NCBI GenBank assembly: GCA_032117355.1
Contig: JAULZL010000489.1
Span: 1-36,151 of the forward strand
DNA length: 36,151 bases
Reading direction: 5' to 3'
Source: Candidatus Nanopelagicales bacterium
GTDB taxonomy: Bacteria > Actinomycetota > Actinomycetes > S36-B12
The translations under genes and the position numbers were made by a program. The notes under the pieces are model-generated. The model saw only the letters and a program-made list of their open reading frames with translations. It did no database searches and was not told the DNA's origin. Positions 9,948 through 20,476 of the stretch are shown piece by piece. Each line of letters opens with the position of its first letter. Position 1 is the stretch's first letter.

Positions 9948-10696
9948 GCGGTCACTCCAAATGGGCGACCACCAAGCACAAGAAGGCCGTTGTGGATGCC
10001 CGGCGCGGGAAGTTGTTCGCCCGGCTGATCAAGAATATTGAGGTCGCGGCCCGGCAGGGCGGCGGGGATGTTGCCGGCAACCCGACCCTCTACGACGCCA
10101 TCCAGAAGGCACGCAAGAGTTCGGTGCCGCTCGACAACATCGAGCGCGCGGTCAAGCGGGGTAGCGGCGCCGAAGCAGGGGGCGCCGACTGGCAGACGAT
10201 CATGTACGAGGGCTATGGTCCGAGCGGAGTTGCCGTCCTCATTGAATGCCTGACGGACAACCGCAACCGCGCGGCCTCAGAGGTCCGGGTCGCGATGACT
10301 CGCAACGGGGGTTCGATGGCCGATCCGGGCTCGGTCTCCTACCTCTTCAGTCGCAAGGGCGTCGTGATCGTCCCCAAGGGCGCTGACTTGACCGAGGATG
10401 ACCTGCTGATGGCCGTGCTCGACGCGGGTGCTGAGCAGGTCAACGATCTCGGTGAGTCGTTCGAGGTTGTGTGCGAGGCGACCGATCTGGTCAACGTGCG
10501 CAAAGCCGTTCAGGAAGGCGGCCACGACTACGAGTCTGCGGAGGCAACCTTCCTGCCGAGCGTGTCGGTGGCCCTCGATGAGGACGGAGCCCGCAAGGTC
10601 TTCCGTCTCCTCGAAGCACTCGAGGAGAGCGACGACGTGCAGAACGTGTACGCGAACTTCGACGTCAGCGATGATGTCATGGCAGTTCTCGACTGA
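9944..10696 (+). CDS. yebC: YebC/PmpR family protein
   Basis: [33 protein letters not shown]. Confidence 0.97.
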   Translation: MSGHSKWATTKHKKAVVDARRGKLFARLIKNIEVAARQGGGDVAGNPTLYDAIQKARKSSVPLDNIERAVKRGSGAEAGGADWQTIMYEGYGPSGVAVLIECLTDNRNRAASEVRVAMTRNGGSMADPGSVSYLFSRKGVVIVPKGADLTEDDLLMAVLDAGAEQVNDLGESFEVVCEATDLVNVRKAVQEGGHDYESAEATFLPSVSVALDEDGARKVFRLLEALEESDDVQNVYANFDVSDDVMAVLD

Positions 10697-10698
10697 CG

Positions 10699-12126
10699 AT
10701 GAATCAACGTGTCGGGACCCAGCTGCGCGGGTGGGATGCTGCGGCCTTCCGCACGGCCAGCGGGGATCCGACCATGCGGTCCACCGTCGTCGCGATGGCG
10801 ATCTTGGACCAGGCGCCTGACTGGGCCAGAATGCGCAGGCGCTTCGAGCGGCTGAGTCTTTTCGTCCCGGCGCTGCGAATGCGTCCCCTTTACGGAGCGT
10901 TGGGGTTTTCGGCACCTCGGCTGGCCATCGACCCGGATTTCGATATCGATGTTCACGTGCGGCGCTATCGACTTCCTGAGGATGTCGGCTGGCAGGGCCT
11001 GCTCGACGATGCCCGCCGGATGAGCCTGACCGATTTCGACCTCAACCGACCCCTATGGGAAGCCGCCATCGTGGAGGGCCTCCCCGATGGTCACGCAGCC
11101 TTCCTCATGAAGTTGCATCATTCGATTGCAGACGGTCAGGCAACGGTGATGATCGCCCTGTCACTCTTCGAACTGGGCCCCGACCAAAACCCGGATGAGC
11201 CTGCCCCGCCACCGCCACCGGACGGCGAAGACGTCAGCATTGCCGACATTACGATCGCCAACCTGACGGACAGCATCCGTACCGCGTCCGATCGGGTCAA
11301 CTGGGGCATCCGATCAATCGCAGGCTTGGCGAAGGGTTCGCTCACTGATCCGGTGGGCACCTGGTCCAGAACCCTGGAAACGGTCGGGTCAATCAGCAGG
11401 TTCACCTCGGTCGCCGAGGAACCCTTGTCGCCGGTGATGTGCGGCCGTGGGACGACCTATCGATTCGCCGCGTTCTCCCTTCCCTTTGCTGGCCTGCGGG
11501 GCGCTGCCAAGGCGCACGACCTGAGCATCAACGACGCGTTCATGGCCGCAGTGAGCAGCGGCTTCGATGCCTACCACCGACGACACGGCGCCCTCGTCGA
11601 GGAGCTTCGGGTGAATGTCCCGATCAGCCTGCGTGGCGACCCTGGGGACCGGACGGGGCAGGCATCCAACTCCGTCAGCATCGCGCGCTTCCCCTTCCCG
11701 ATCACCGGGCTCACCGCCGTCGAGAGAATGCAGGCCGCCCATGACCTGGTGGAGCGGTGGCGTGGTGAGCCTGCCCTGCGATTGGCGGACCCACTGGCTG
11801 AGGTCAGTTGGTTCGTGCCGGTGCCGATGCTGGCCGCAGCAGCCAGGACCTCCGACATCACAACGAGCAATGTGCCTGGACCACCCGTGCCGCTCTATGT
11901 CGCCGGTGCCCGGATGATCGCTGCCTACCCGCTCGTCGCAACGATCGGCGCTGCCGTCAACGTGACCATGGTGACGTATGACGGCACGGCTTTCGTCGGC
12001 GTCTCGTCGGACGATCGGGCGATTCCGGATCTGCCGGACCTCGTCGAGGATCTTCGATCCGGCTTTGAGCAGGTGACCGGTGGCCCCATTGGGCCGGCAG
12101 ATCCGTACGCCGCGCCGGTCGCATGA
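10699..12126 (+). CDS. Wax ester synthase/diacylglycerol acyltransferase (WS/DGAT family)
   Basis: Catalytic HHSIADG (HHxxxDG), D..FDIDVHVR, DLNRPLWE, INDAFMA, SNVPGP..PLYVAGA. Confidence 0.92.
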   Translation: MNQRVGTQLRGWDAAAFRTASGDPTMRSTVVAMAILDQAPDWARMRRRFERLSLFVPALRMRPLYGALGFSAPRLAIDPDFDIDVHVRRYRLPEDVGWQGLLDDARRMSLTDFDLNRPLWEAAIVEGLPDGHAAFLMKLHHSIADGQATVMIALSLFELGPDQNPDEPAPPPPPDGEDVSIADITIANLTDSIRTASDRVNWGIRSIAGLAKGSLTDPVGTWSRTLETVGSISRFTSVAEEPLSPVMCGRGTTYRFAAFSLPFAGLRGAAKAHDLSINDAFMAAVSSGFDAYHRRHGALVEELRVNVPISLRGDPGDRTGQASNSVSIARFPFPITGLTAVERMQAAHDLVERWRGEPALRLADPLAEVSWFVPVPMLAAAARTSDITTSNVPGPPVPLYVAGARMIAAYPLVATIGAAVNVTMVTYDGTAFVGVSSDDRAIPDLPDLVEDLRSGFEQVTGGPIGPADPYAAPVA

Positions 12127-12161
12127 ATGACGGCGGTCGCCACCCGCACTAGGCTGCACCA

Positions 12162-12177
12162 TCGAACAGGTGTTCGG
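12162..12177 (+). promoter_or_regulatory. LexA (SOS) box upstream of ruvCAB, just after a TAGGCT -10-like hexamer (12150-12155)
   Basis: TCGAACAGGTGTTCGG matches the actinobacterial TCGAAC-N4-GTTCGA consensus at 11 of 12 positions. It is followed by the SD GAGGAGG (12181-12187). Confidence 0.85.
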
Positions 12178-12192
12178 TTCGAGGAGGATGGC

Positions 12193-12702
12193 ATGCGGGT
12201 GCTCGGCATCGATCCAGGGCTCACCAGGTGTGGGGTAGCCGTGGTGGAAGGCGCGCCCGGAAGAACCCTGCTCGCCCACCACATCGGTGTCATTGGGACC
12301 AGCCCGGAGATGGAGATTTCGCGCAGGCTGGCTCTGGTCGAGTCCGCGATTGAGGCTCTCGTGGTCGAGCACGAGCCAGAGGTGATCGCGATTGAACGGG
12401 TGTTCAGCCAGCAGAACGTGCGAAGCGCGATGGGTACGGCCCAGGCCGCTGCGATGGCCCTCGTCATCGCAGGGCGCCGTGATATCCCGGTCGCCATGCA
12501 TACGCCCACCGAGGTCAAGGCGGCCGTTACCGGCAATGGGCGAGCGGACAAGGCGCAGGTGGCCGCCATGATCACCCGATTGCTCGGCCTACGTGAGGCC
12601 CCTCGTCCGGCCGATGCAGCCGATGCCGTGGCCATCGCGATCTGCCAGGTCTGGCGTGGAAGTGCCCAGCGGCGGATCGACCGGGCCCTGGCTGCCCGAT
12701 GA
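12193..12702 (+). CDS. ruvC: Holliday junction resolvase RuvC
   Basis: MRVLGIDPGL, AIERVF, VTGNGRADK, PADAADAVA. Start at ATG 12193 after a strong SD. Confidence 0.97.
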   Translation: MRVLGIDPGLTRCGVAVVEGAPGRTLLAHHIGVIGTSPEMEISRRLALVESAIEALVVEHEPEVIAIERVFSQQNVRSAMGTAQAAAMALVIAGRRDIPVAMHTPTEVKAAVTGNGRADKAQVAAMITRLLGLREAPRPADAADAVAIAICQVWRGSAQRRIDRALAAR

Positions 12703-13301
12703 TCGCCTTCATCCGCGGGACGGTCAGCGCACTGACCACAGATGGCGTTGTCGTAGACCTCGGCGGGGTCGGGATCTCGGCCTCCTGCACCCCGGCCACG
12801 GCGCTGTCGCTCGCCATCGGCGATCGAGTCGAACTGGTGACCTCGCTGGTGATCCGGGAGGAGTCCTGGACCCTGTTCGCCTTCACGGATCCGGATGACA
12901 AGACCGTCTTCGAGCTTGTCCAGACGGTCAGTGGGATTGGCCCCCGACTCGCCCTTGGCCTGCTGGCAACCCTTTCTGCCAACGAGCTGAGAACAGCGGT
13001 GGCCCGGGAGGATCTCGCCACCCTGACCAAGGTGCCCGGGATTGGCCGCAAGGGTGCGGGCCGGCTTGTCCTGGAGTTGAAGGACCGACTTGGCGCGCCA
13101 CAAGGAGAGGTCGCCCCACTAGGAGCGGTAGCCGCTGGCTGGCAGGCGTCGGTCGTTGCCGGGTTGACCTCGCTGGGCTGGTCTGCCAAGGAGGCTGAGC
13201 GTGCCGCGACCGCGGTGGAGCCCCTGGCGCAGGAGCAATCGGGTGACCCAGATGTCGGTGCTTTGCTCAAGGCGGCCCTGCGAACTCTGGACCGGTCGTG
13301 A
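12699..13301 (+). CDS. ruvA: Holliday junction branch migration protein RuvA
   Basis: MIAFIRG, IREES, VSGIGPR, VPGIGRK HhH motifs. Confidence 0.97.
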   Translation: MIAFIRGTVSALTTDGVVVDLGGVGISASCTPATALSLAIGDRVELVTSLVIREESWTLFAFTDPDDKTVFELVQTVSGIGPRLALGLLATLSANELRTAVAREDLATLTKVPGIGRKGAGRLVLELKDRLGAPQGEVAPLGAVAAGWQASVVAGLTSLGWSAKEAERAATAVEPLAQEQSGDPDVGALLKAALRTLDRS

Positions 13302-14341
13302 CCCATCCGGTCACGGATGCCGAACCTGACCCGCGAGACGCGGCTGTCGAGGGTGCCCTGCGGCCCACAATGCTGGCTGAGTTCGTCGGACAGGATCGGG
13401 TCAAGTCCCAGTTGGGGCTGGTTCTAGAAGCCGCGCGGCGGCGGCGCAGGCCGGCCGATCACGTCCTCCTCAGCGGGCCACCCGGGCTCGGCAAGACAAC
13501 CCTTGCCGGGATCATCGCAAGTGAACTGGGTGCGCCACTGCGCATTACCTCTGGCCCGGCCCTGCAGCATGCGGGTGACATAGCGGCAGTGCTTTCCAGC
13601 CTTCAGCCGGGCGAGGTGCTGTTCCTCGACGAGATCCACCGGACGGCTCGACCGGCGGAGGAGATGCTCTATCTGGCGATGGAGGACTTCCGGGTCGACG
13701 TTGTCGTGGGCAAGGGGCCCGGCGCCACCGCCATCCCACTGGACATCGCCCCGTTCACGCTGGTTGGAGCAACCACTCGGGCCGGCATGCTGCCGAGCCC
13801 CCTACGCGATCGATTCGGGTTCACCGCGCACCTGGACTTCTATGACCCGGCTGATCTCGAGATCATCCTGCGCCGTTCGGCGACCCTGCTGGCCGTAGAC
13901 CTGCGCGAGGACGGAGCGGTGGAGATCGCGGGGCGGTGCCGGGGGACTCCCCGGATCGCGAATCGTCTGCTGCGGCGAGTGAGAGACTGGGCCCAGGTGC
14001 ACGGCAACGGGGTTGTCGACCGGGAATCCGCAGCAGCCGCCCTGCACCTGTACGAGGTCGACGCACTTGGGCTGGATCGCATCGATCGTGCGGTATTGGA
14101 CGTACTGATCCGTCGTTTCGGTGGGGGACCAGTGGGCCTGTCAACCCTGGCCGTGTCGGTGGGCGAAGAACCCGAGACCATCGAGACGGTTGCCGAGCCA
14201 TTCCTGGTGCGGCTGGGGATGATCGTGCGGACGCCAAGGGGGCGGGTTGCCGCGCCTGCAGCATGGGCTCACCTCGGGATGATCCCCTCGATCGCGGACC
14301 AAACGATGCCTGCTCAGACGGAACTCGACCTCTCCGACTAG
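13298..14341 (+). CDS. ruvB: Holliday junction branch migration helicase RuvB
   Basis: [44 protein letters not shown]. Confidence 0.98.
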   Translation: MTHPVTDAEPDPRDAAVEGALRPTMLAEFVGQDRVKSQLGLVLEAARRRRRPADHVLLSGPPGLGKTTLAGIIASELGAPLRITSGPALQHAGDIAAVLSSLQPGEVLFLDEIHRTARPAEEMLYLAMEDFRVDVVVGKGPGATAIPLDIAPFTLVGATTRAGMLPSPLRDRFGFTAHLDFYDPADLEIILRRSATLLAVDLREDGAVEIAGRCRGTPRIANRLLRRVRDWAQVHGNGVVDRESAAAALHLYEVDALGLDRIDRAVLDVLIRRFGGGPVGLSTLAVSVGEEPETIETVAEPFLVRLGMIVRTPRGRVAAPAAWAHLGMIPSIADQTMPAQTELDLSD

Positions 14342-14385
14342 TGTTACCGGGCACACATCATCTGCCGAAACCTGCCTGGAGAATC

Positions 14386-14706
14386 GTGGACCTGCTCGGC
14401 ATCCTGCCCCTCATCCTGCTCGCCGTTGCCTTCTACCTGTTACTGATGCGACCGGCGAAGAACCGCCAGAAGCAACAGGCCGCCCTGATCGCATCGGTCG
14501 GGCCTGGCACCGAGATCATGACGACCGCCGGAATGTATGGGACGGTCGTTGCCCGCAATGGTGACGACGTAACCGTGTCGATTGCGCCAGGGGTCGAGGT
14601 GCAGATGCTGGCCGCAGCGATTGGCAAGGTCGTGGAGCCATCCCTGCCGGCCACGCCTCCGGGCCCGGCCGAGTCGGCTTCCGACGGCCCGTCCGTCTCC
14701 GAGTAG
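14386..14706 (+). CDS. yajC: Preprotein translocase subunit YajC
   Basis: TM helix then RPAKNRQK, G.EIMTTAGMYGTV. GTG 14386 follows GGAGA; upstream of secD. Confidence 0.92.
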   Translation: MDLLGILPLILLAVAFYLLLMRPAKNRQKQQAALIASVGPGTEIMTTAGMYGTVVARNGDDVTVSIAPGVEVQMLAAAIGKVVEPSLPATPPGPAESASDGPSVSE

Positions 14707-14714
14707 GGGGAAAC

Positions 14715-16439
14715 ATGGCACCGCCATCTGGCGCCAAGCCGAGCCGTGGCCTGATCGCCCTTGCCGTGCTGATTGTTGGACTCAGCGTCTGGGCGTTCTT
14801 CCCCGGTAACAACAACTCCATCCGACTCGGACTGGACCTGCAGGGTGGGACTCAGGTGATTCTGATCCCCCGGCCGGTTACGGAGGGAGCGTCAATCACC
14901 GACGAGCAACTGGCCCAGACGGTCTCCATTCTTCGTCAGCGAGTCGACGGCCTGGGCGTTTCCGAAGCCGAGGTCACGACTCAGGGATCGGGGAGTGGCG
15001 CGGCCATCGTGGTCTCGGTGCCCGGCTCCAACCAGGACCGTGTCGTCGACCTGGTGCAGCGCACGGCCTTGCTTGACTTCCGCCCGGTCTACGCCCTGCT
15101 GAGTCCGGTTTCCGCGACCGCCACTCCAAGCGAGTCAGCGAGTGCTTCGGCCAGCCCGAGTGCTGCAAGCCCGAGTGCCAGTGCAAGCCCGAGTGCATCG
15201 GCCAGCCCGAGTGCCAGTGCAAGCCCGAGTGCTACCCCAAGCCCGAGTGCGAGTGCATCGGCCAGCCCGGACGCATCGGCGTCCACAGACGTCACTCAAA
15301 TAGTGCAGTCGAACGAGAACGATGTAGCATTCCAGGAAGCCGTCGGCGCCCTTGACTGCACCGATCCAAAGGTCTACGCCGGTGGGTCGCCCGATGATCC
15401 GACCAAGTGGCTCGGCACCTGCGATGCAACAGGCAGCACCAAGTACATCCTTGAGCCAGCCTTTATCAAGGGCACGAATGTCACCGGGGCGACCGCAGCC
15501 CTGCCGCAAAATGGCGTCGGATGGGTGGTCTCCCTTCAGTTCGACAATGAGGGTGCCAAAGCTCTCGCCGATGCCTCTACCAAGCTGAGCGCTCTGCCGG
15601 ACTGCGGGGCCGGTGCATCGCCATGCAACGCCTTTGCGATCGTCCTGGACGGGGTCGTGACCTCGGCCCCCCGATTCAACGAGCCAATCCTCGGTGGCCA
15701 GGCTCAGATCGAGGGCAACTTCAAGGCTGCCGAGGCGAATGACCTTGCAAACATCCTGAAGTACGGCGCCCTGCCGGTCACTCTTGAGGCTGCCGACATC
15801 ACGACGGTCTCGCCCACGGTGGGCAACGACCAGCTCCGTGCCGGGATCATCGCAGGCCTGTTGGGCCTGGCCCTGGTCGGTGTCTACCTGTTGATCTACT
15901 ACCGAGCCCTGGGCCTGGTGGCGGTTCTCTCGCTCATTCTGGCGGGAGGGATCGTCTACGCCACCTTTGTCATCCTTAGCAAGACCATCGGGCTCACCCT
16001 GACCCTGGCAGGCGTGGCGGGAGCCATCGTGGCCATCGGTATCACGGCGGACTCGTTCATCGTCTATTTCGAACGAATACGCGACGAGATTCGCGAGGGT
16101 CGGTCACTTCGCCAGGCTTGCGACAGCGGCTGGATCCGCGCCAGGCGCACGCTGCTTGCCGCTGACTTCGTATCGCTGCTTGCGGCGCTGGTGCTGTACT
16201 TCCTTTCGGTTGGCAGTGTGCGTGGCTTCGCATTCGTCTTGGGCCTCACGACCGTCATCGACGTGCTCGTGGCCTTCTGGTTCTCTCACCCCGTGGTCGT
16301 CCTACTCGGCCGAACCTCGTTCATGCAACGGGGATCCCGCTGGACGGGACTGGACCCGGATCGAGTCGGTGGGGCCAGCCTGGCTGGCGCCATCGTGGAG
16401 AAATCTAGGCGCCGTGGTGCGAAGGAGGTGGCGTCGTGA
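14715..16439 (+). CDS. secD: Protein translocase subunit SecD
   Basis: LGLDLQGG, FAIVLDG, LKYGALP, GITADSFIVYFERIRDE, VRGFAFVLG. Confidence 0.97.
   Translation: MAPPSGAKPSRGLIALAVLIVGLSVWAFFPGNNNSIRLGLDLQGGTQVILIPRPVTEGASITDEQLAQTVSILRQRVDGLGVSEAEVTTQGSGSGAAIVVSVPGSNQDRVVDLVQRTALLDFRPVYALLSPVSATATPSESASASASPSAASPSASASPSASASPSASASPSATPSPSASASASPDASASTDVTQIVQSNENDVAFQEAVGALDCTDPKVYAGGSPDDPTKWLGTCDATGSTKYILEPAFIKGTNVTGATAALPQNGVGWVVSLQFDNEGAKALADASTKLSALPDCGAGASPCNAFAIVLDGVVTSAPRFNEPILGGQAQIEGNFKAAEANDLANILKYGALPVTLEAADITTVSPTVGNDQLRAGIIAGLLGLALVGVYLLIYYRALGLVAVLSLILAGGIVYATFVILSKTIGLTLTLAGVAGAIVAIGITADSFIVYFERIRDEIREGRSLRQACDSGWIRARRTLLAADFVSLLAALVLYFLSVGSVRGFAFVLGLTTVIDVLVAFWFSHPVVVLLGRTSFMQRGSRWTGLDPDRVGGASLAGAIVEKSRRRGAKEVAS
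15126..15285 (+). repeat. Imperfect tandem repeat (core AGCCCGAGTGC) encoding a Ser/Ala/Pro-rich SPSASA linker in SecD
   Basis: Visible repeated agcccgagtgc units; protein PSESASASASPSAASPSASASPSASASPSASASP... Confidence 0.9.
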
Positions 16440-17527
16440 AGCGTCAGGGGCTGGCCCAGCGGCTCTACAGCGGCCAGTCGTCGATCGACTTCGTTGGTCG
16501 TCGGCGAACGTGGTACATCGTCTCGGGGATCATCCTTCTCGTTGCGGTGGGAGCGCTCATCTTCCGCGGGCTGAATCTCGGGATCGAATTCCGGGGTGGC
16601 GCTGATTTCGCCATCCCGAATGCAACCTGCTCCATTGAGGACGCTCGCGGTCTCGCCGAGTCCGCCACGGGCGCACAGGCCATCGTGACGGAGTCAGCCA
16701 GCGGCACGATCCGCGTGCAGACCGAGTCCCTCACCCCGGCCGAGAGTTCGGTACTAGCCGGGGACTTGGCCGAGGCGTGTGGCACGACCAAGGACCAAAT
16801 CAAGGTCCAGGTCGTCGGCCCCACGTGGGGCGCCGAGATCTCGAAGAAGGCACTTCAGGGCCTGGGCGTATTCCTGCTCCTGGTGTCCATCTTCTTGTCG
16901 ATCTACTTCGAATGGCGCATGGCGGTCGCAGCCCTGGTGGCCCTGGTCCACGACATCGTCATCACGGTTGGTATCTACGCCTTAACCGGCCTGGAGGTCA
17001 CTCCGGCCACGGTTATCGGCCTGCTGACGATCTTGGGCTATTCCCTCTACGACACCGTCGTCGTCTTCGACAAGGTCAAGGAGAACACCCGCGGTATCGG
17101 CGGCCAGTCGGTTCTGACGTACTCCGAGGCGGCCAATCTGGCCGTCAACCAGACACTGGTGCGCAGCATCAACACGTCCATCGTGGCCCTGCTTCCGGTC
17201 ATCGCGATCATCGTGGTCGGGGCTGGCCTGCTGGGTGCAGGAACCCTCCTTGACCTCGCCGTTGCACTTGGGGTCGGTATGGCGGCGGGAACGTACTCTT
17301 CGATCTTCATCGCCACGCCGTTCCTGGTTCAGATGAAGGAGGCACAGCCAGAGGCCAAGGCCCTAGCTGGTCGCGTCGCTGCTCGGCGATCACAGGCGCA
17401 GCGTGCGGGGAAGACGGACGCCACGGCGGAGGCTGCGTCCGCGCAACCCGTTGTGACCACGAAGGCGCCCAGCGTGACCAGGCAGCAGCCCAAGCGCGCC
17501 CCTCGATCACGGCGCGGCAAGAGCTAG
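16436..17527 (+). CDS. secF: Protein translocase subunit SecF
   Basis: LGIEFRGG, VGPTWG, GYSLYDTVVVFDKVKEN, RSINTS, GTYSSIFIATP. Confidence 0.97.
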   Translation: MKRQGLAQRLYSGQSSIDFVGRRRTWYIVSGIILLVAVGALIFRGLNLGIEFRGGADFAIPNATCSIEDARGLAESATGAQAIVTESASGTIRVQTESLTPAESSVLAGDLAEACGTTKDQIKVQVVGPTWGAEISKKALQGLGVFLLLVSIFLSIYFEWRMAVAALVALVHDIVITVGIYALTGLEVTPATVIGLLTILGYSLYDTVVVFDKVKENTRGIGGQSVLTYSEAANLAVNQTLVRSINTSIVALLPVIAIIVVGAGLLGAGTLLDLAVALGVGMAAGTYSSIFIATPFLVQMKEAQPEAKALAGRVAARRSQAQRAGKTDATAEAASAQPVVTTKAPSVTRQQPKRAPRSRRGKS

Positions 17528-17540
17528 TACCCGCAGCCGC

Positions 17541-18089
17541 GTGGAGGAGATTGCCGAACGGATCCTTCGGGATCAGATTCGGCTGGTGCGGGATTGGCCA
17601 AAGCCGGGGGTCGTTTTTCAGGACCTGACTGGGCTGATGGCTGATGCTAGGAGTTTCCGCACGGCCGTCGATGGTCTGGCAGACGCGATTGAGGGCCTCA
17701 GAGGTGGGCTGCCAATCGATGAAGTCGTGGGGATCGAAGCTCGCGGCTTCCCCTACGGTGCCGCCTTGGCGCACCACCTTGGCGCAGGCTTTGTCACAGC
17801 CCGCAAGCCCGGGAAGCTGCCTGGACTCGTCCACGCACGTGAGTACGAACTGGAGTACGGAGCGGCGACCCTGGAGTTGCATCGCGATGCACTCGGTCCC
17901 GGCAGGCGGATCGTGGTGATCGATGACGTCCTGGCAACCGGCGGGACGGCTGAGGCCTGTATCCAACTGGTGCGCCTGACCGGAGCGGATGTCGTGGCAG
18001 CACTGTTCATCCTGGAGATCGCCGACTTGGGTGGCCGAGCGGTCCTGGAGTCTCACGGAGTTGTGGTTCAGGCGCTGCTGACTTCCTGA
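17541..18089 (+). CDS. apt: Adenine phosphoribosyltransferase
   Basis: DWPKPGVVFQD, GIEARGF, RKPGKLP, YELEYG, VIDDVLATGGT (PRPP-binding motif). Confidence 0.96.
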   Translation: MEEIAERILRDQIRLVRDWPKPGVVFQDLTGLMADARSFRTAVDGLADAIEGLRGGLPIDEVVGIEARGFPYGAALAHHLGAGFVTARKPGKLPGLVHAREYELEYGAATLELHRDALGPGRRIVVIDDVLATGGTAEACIQLVRLTGADVVAALFILEIADLGGRAVLESHGVVVQALLTS

Positions 18090-18094
18090 CGACG

Positions 18095-18100
18095 TACACT
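18095..18100 (+). promoter_or_regulatory. Putative sigmaA -10 element (TACACT) for rel
   Basis: TANNNT hexamer in the short apt-rel intergenic gap, about 30 nt before the GTG; GGAG SD at 18124-18127. Confidence 0.45.
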
Positions 18101-18131
18101 TACCCTCCCGACGGCGAAACCTTGGAGTTCC

Positions 18132-20411
18132 GTGGCGAAGGAGGCACCACCAGCAACGGAGTTGGCTCCGGTCGCTCCGCCCGGAACTGTGCCCGATGGA
18201 AGCAGGCTTCGGTCGAGATTGAATCCCTTCGCCGGGGCAAGGACTTCCTTCCCCGAGCTTGATCCACTGATTCGCACCCTTCGCAAGTATCACCCGAAGG
18301 CCGACTCGCGACTGATCGAGCGGGCGTATGAGACGGCTGCCTACCTGCACCGTGACCAGAAGCGGCGCAGCGGGGAGGCGTACATAACCCATCCGCTTGC
18401 GGTGGCAACCATTCTTGCGGACCTCGGGATGAGCGGCCCGACCCTTGCGGCAGCACTACTGCACGACACTGTTGAGGACACCGGCTACTCACTCGATGCT
18501 CTGCGCGAGGACTTCGGCGACGAGGTCGCCCAACTAGTCGATGGCGTTACCAAGCTCGACCGAGTCACGTATGGGGATGCATCGGCATCCGAGACGGTGC
18601 GCAAGATGGTGGTCGCGATGGCGCGCGACATCAGGGTGCTGGTCATCAAGCTCTGCGACCGCCTGCACAATATGCGGACCCTTCGCTGGATGCCTGAGGA
18701 CAAGCAGCAGAAGAAGGCCAGGGAAACCCTCGAGATCTACGCCCCGCTCGCCCACCGGCTGGGGATGAACGCCGTGAAGTGGGAGTTGGAGGACCTAGCT
18801 TTCGCAACCCTCTATCCCAAGATGTACGAGGAGATCGTGCGGTTGGTCGGCCAGCGGGCACCATCGCGTGACCAGTACCTGACATCGGTCATCGAAGACA
18901 TCGAATTGGACCTGCGCAAGAGCAAGGTCAAGGCCATCGTGACCGGTCGCCCGAAGCACTACTACTCCGTCTACCAAAAGATGATCGTTCGCGGGCGTGA
19001 CTTCGCCGACATCTATGACCTCGTCGGGGTGCGCGTCCTGGTCGAGGACCTCCGTGACTGCTACGCGGTGCTGGGAATCATCCACGCGAAGTGGAGCCCG
19101 ATGCCGGGCCGCTTCAAGGACTTCATTGCAATGCCCAAGTTCAACATGTATCAGTCCCTGCACACGACCGTCATCGGCCCGGAGGGCAAGCCTGTTGAAC
19201 TCCAGATCAGAACGCGGGACATGCACCGCGCCGCAGAATTCGGGGTAGCCGCGCACTGGCGATACAAGCAGACAGATGTCGGCGGGAAGTCCAGTCCGGA
19301 TGACTTTGGCTGGCTGCGGCAGCTTCTGGAATGGCAGCGTGAGACCGAGGACCCGGATGAGTTCCTCGATCAGCTGCGATACGACCTGGGCTCCACGGAG
19401 GTCTTCGTCTTCACCCCGAAAGGCGATGTCATAGCGCTCCCCTCCGGGGCTACGCCGGTCGACTTCGCCTACTCGGTCCACACCGAGGTCGGGCATCGGT
19501 GCGTGGGTGCACGAGTCAATGGAAAGCTCGTTCCCCTTGAGTCGACGCTGAGCAACGGCGACGTCATTGAGATCTTCACCTCCAAGGCCGAGGGCGCTGG
19601 TCCGAGCCGGGACTGGCTCAGCTTCGCCGCCTCGCCGCGGGCCAAGGGCCGGATCAAGGCCTGGTTCTCGCGAGAGCGCCGGGACGAGGCGATCGAGCAT
19701 GGCAAGGACGCGATCGTGCGGGCCATGCGCAAGCAGGGCCTACCCCTACAGCGGTTGATGACGAACCAGTCGTTGAACGCGATCGCGCTTGACCTGCATC
19801 AGTCGGATGTCACCGCGCTCTACGCCGCCGTGGGGGAGGGCCGAGTCTCTGCTGCCACCGTCGTCCAGCGCCTCGTGGATGCTGCTGGTGGGGCAGAGGG
19901 AGCAGCGGACGACGCGGCCGAAGGCTTCATGCCGGCGGCATTCTCCAGGCGTCCCAGTCGGACGGCGTCGGATGTCGGAGTTGCGGTCGTTGGGGCAGAA
20001 GACGTCCTGCTGAAGCTGGCAAAGTGCTGCACGCCAGTCCCTGGTGATCCGATCGTGGGATTCGTGACTCGGGGGTCCGGGGTTTCCGTGCACCGAACTG
20101 ACTGCGTCAACGTCCCCGGGTTGCAGGCAGAGCCGGACCGTTTCGTCGAAGTCGCCTGGGCGCCGACGGCTTCGAGCATTTTCCTGGTGAATCTGCAGGT
20201 GGAGGCCCTTGATCGAGCTCGCCTGCTCAGTGATGTCACGAGGGCGCTGTCCGACATGCACGTCAATATCCTCAGTGCGTCAGTCACGACCACCCGCGAT
20301 CGGATCGCCTTGTCCCGATTCACCTTCGAGATGGCCGACCCAATGCACCTTGGTTCGGTAATCAAAGGCGTGCGCAATGTTGAGGGTGTCTACGACGCCT
20401 ACCGCGTCTAG
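18132..20411 (+). CDS. rel: Bifunctional (p)ppGpp synthetase/hydrolase Rel
   Basis: Intact HD hydrolase ([15 protein letters not shown]), synthetase (RPKH, RFKD, YQSLHT), TGS, CC and ACT domains. Confidence 0.98.
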   Translation: MAKEAPPATELAPVAPPGTVPDGSRLRSRLNPFAGARTSFPELDPLIRTLRKYHPKADSRLIERAYETAAYLHRDQKRRSGEAYITHPLAVATILADLGMSGPTLAAALLHDTVEDTGYSLDALREDFGDEVAQLVDGVTKLDRVTYGDASASETVRKMVVAMARDIRVLVIKLCDRLHNMRTLRWMPEDKQQKKARETLEIYAPLAHRLGMNAVKWELEDLAFATLYPKMYEEIVRLVGQRAPSRDQYLTSVIEDIELDLRKSKVKAIVTGRPKHYYSVYQKMIVRGRDFADIYDLVGVRVLVEDLRDCYAVLGIIHAKWSPMPGRFKDFIAMPKFNMYQSLHTTVIGPEGKPVELQIRTRDMHRAAEFGVAAHWRYKQTDVGGKSSPDDFGWLRQLLEWQRETEDPDEFLDQLRYDLGSTEVFVFTPKGDVIALPSGATPVDFAYSVHTEVGHRCVGARVNGKLVPLESTLSNGDVIEIFTSKAEGAGPSRDWLSFAASPRAKGRIKAWFSRERRDEAIEHGKDAIVRAMRKQGLPLQRLMTNQSLNAIALDLHQSDVTALYAAVGEGRVSAATVVQRLVDAAGGAEGAADDAAEGFMPAAFSRRPSRTASDVGVAVVGAEDVLLKLAKCCTPVPGDPIVGFVTRGSGVSVHRTDCVNVPGLQAEPDRFVEVAWAPTASSIFLVNLQVEALDRARLLSDVTRALSDMHVNILSASVTTTRDRIALSRFTFEMADPMHLGSVIKGVRNVEGVYDAYRV

Positions 20412-20476
20412 ACCACGGGGAGAACAGACGTCAGCGAGACTGTCGGATCAGCCGGGGGTACGGGGGAGTGTCCCCG

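Noticed and set aside
11389-13306. Long minus-strand ORFs (370, 392 and 244 aa) over WS/DGAT and ruvCA
   Set aside because: These are antisense shadows typical of high-GC coding DNA, with no recognisable motifs.
13936-14385. Apparent 256-aa yajC with a long N-terminal extension
   Set aside because: The extension is an off-frame overlap with ruvB. YajC similarity starts at GTG 14386, which has an SD.
15126-15285. Repeat array considered as a possible CRISPR-like element
   Set aside because: It has no unique spacers, is in-frame within secD, and no cas genes are present.
17307-19700. Minus-strand ORFs of 361 and 301 aa over apt and rel
   Set aside because: They are antisense to well-supported genes and have no domain signatures.
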